A DNA stretch of 38,706 nt from the NCBI GenBank assembly GCA_050302555.1, contig JBMUHF010000035.1, forward strand, positions 1 through 38,706. Reading direction: 5' to 3'. Below are positions 37,368 through 38,706 of this stretch, in pieces. The stretch comes from Arenicellales bacterium. Its GTDB lineage: Bacteria; Pseudomonadota; Gammaproteobacteria; Arenicellales; UBA868. The position numbers were made by a program, and so were the translations under genes. Position 1 is the stretch's first letter. Every line of letters begins with the position of its first letter. Under the pieces are notes generated by a model. It was not told the DNA's origin. It was given only the letters and a program-made list of their open reading frames with translations, and did not search any database.

Positions 37368-38706
37368 ATGGTGGATTCCCTTCCAGATACAGATCTTGAC
37401 CCGCTTGAGACTCAGGAATGGCAGGACGCCTTAAGCGCGGTTATCGAACGTGAAGGCCAGGAGCGTGCTCACTTTCTCCTTGAGACCCTGATCGATCAGG
37501 CCCGGCGCAGCGGCACTCACATTCCCTTTCGACCGACGACGGCATATCTCAATACCATCCCCGCGGCCAGTCAGGCCACCAGTCCCGGGGATCCCGCAAT
37601 CGAATGGCGGATCCGCTCTCTGATACGCTGGAATGCACTCGCCATGGTGATGCGGGCTAATCAGACCAGCAGTGAACTGGGTGGACACATCGCAAGTTTC
37701 GCGTCGGCCGCCACACTGTACGATGTGGGCTTCAACCATTTCTGGCGTGGTCCGGAGACTGAACACGGAGCGGATCTTGTCTTCTTCCAAGGGCACTCGG
37801 CGCCGGGAGTATATGCCCGCGCTTTCCTCGAGGGCCGTTTGACCGAGGGGCAACTCGAAGGCTTCAGGCAGGAGGTCGAAGGCAAAGGTCTTTCCTCCTA
37901 TCCCCATCCCTGGCTAATGCCCGATTTCTGGCAGTTCCCCACCGTGTCGATGGGTCTTGGACCAATACAAGCGGTTTACCAGGCGCGCTTCATGCGCTAC
38001 CTGCAAAATCGCGAGTTCACTCCCCACTCGGACCGTAAAGTCTGGGCCTTTATGGGTGACGGTGAAATGGACGAGCCTGAGTCGACAGGGGCGTTGGGCC
38101 TCGCCGGACGGGAACGCCTTGATAACCTGGTCTTTGTCATTAACTGTAATTTGCAACGGCTCGATGGGCCGGTGCGGGGCAATGGCAAAATCATTCAGGA
38201 ACTGGAAGGCACCTTCCGGGGCGCAGGATGGAATGTCATCAAACTGGTCTGGGGCTCGTACTGGGACAAACTTCTGGCACGGGATACCCAAGGACTGCTG
38301 AAACAGCGGATGGAAGAAGCCCTGGATGGTGAATACCAGGCCTTCAAGAGCAAGGACGGCGCTTTTGTCCGGGAACATTTTTTTGGAAAATATCCGGAAC
38401 TTGCGGCAATGGTAGCCAATATGACCGATGAAGATATCTGGCGGCTAAACCGGGGTGGCCATGATCCGCACAAGGTCTATGCGGCTTACGCTCAAGCTGC
38501 CGCGCACCGGGGCCAACCGACGGTGATACTAGCCAAAACGGTCAAGGGATATGGCATGGGAGAATCCGGTGAAGGCCAGAACATCACCCACAGCCAGAAG
38601 AAGATCACGGACGAATCATTGCTGGAGTTTCGTGACCGATTCCGCATTCCCCTCGAAGACGAAGCTGTGCTCGCCTGTAAATTTTTTCACCCGGGTGATG
38701 ACAGCC
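37368..38706 (+). CDS. aceE: Pyruvate dehydrogenase E1 component (homodimeric type), 3'-truncated; absent from the ORF track
   Basis: Hand translation: MVDSLPDTDLDPLETQEWQDAL...IRWNALAMV...LGGHIASFAS...FQGHSAPG...SSYPHPWLMPDFWQFPTVSMGLG, TPP motif GDGEMDEPE...NCNLQRLDGPV, RGGHDP, AKTVKGYG. The last codons (RDRFRIPL...) are in the same frame. Alternative in-frame ATG at 37344. Confidence 0.97.
   Translation, partial: MVDSLPDTDLDPLETQEWQDALSAVIEREGQERAHFLLETLIDQARRSGTHIPFRPTTAYLNTIPAASQATSPGDPAIEWRIRSLIRWNALAMVMRANQTSSELGGHIASFASAATLYDVGFNHFWRGPETEHGADLVFFQGHSAPGVYARAFLEGRLTEGQLEGFRQEVEGKGLSSYPHPWLMPDFWQFPTVSMGLGPIQAVYQARFMRYLQNREFTPHSDRKVWAFMGDGEMDEPESTGALGLAGRERLDNLVFVINCNLQRLDGPVRGNGKIIQELEGTFRGAGWNVIKLVWGSYWDKLLARDTQGLLKQRMEEALDGEYQAFKSKDGAFVREHFFGKYPELAAMVANMTDEDIWRLNRGGHDPHKVYAAYAQAAAHRGQPTVILAKTVKGYGMGESGEGQNITHSQKKITDESLLEFRDRFRIPLEDEAVLACKFFHPGDDS

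Noticed and set aside
37431-38473. Track ORFs at the right end (37431-37907, 37914-38378 and others)
   Set aside because: All are shadows of aceE, which the track missed because it runs off the window.

Overview
Gene-dense bacterial chromosomal window, probably from a gammaproteobacterium (yajR/uvrA/ssb neighbourhood, homodimeric-type aceE). No rRNA, tRNA, CRISPR array, transposase or integrase was recognised. In order: (1) a NitT/TauT-type ABC importer with two permeases, two ATPases and one binding protein; (2) an OsmC-family gene diverging from an operon that encodes an unusual HTH + SAM-methyltransferase-fold fusion, a cysteine-desulfurase-family enzyme, cystathionine beta-synthase and a cystathionine gamma-lyase/synthase, with four GTGGG boxes at 11-bp phasing in the shared intergenic region; (3) a minus-strand run of two hot-dog thioesterases, DUF1285, an AhpD-like peroxidase, an alanine-glyoxylate aminotransferase and speB; (4) an acyl-CoA ligase / Liv-type ABC / PaaK-like operon; (5) ssb; (6) an ~8 kb cassette between ssb and yajR with a Pot-type ABC importer, two NylB-like serine hydrolases and an amidase; (7) yajR, uvrA and the 5' part of aceE. 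Best candidates for undescribed biology: a putative SAM/SAH-sensing one-component regulator over a transsulfuration/persulfide module, an importer with one degenerate ATP site, and a nylon-oligomer-hydrolase-like amide catabolic cassette. Family assignments rest on motifs and remembered reference sequences, not on database searches.
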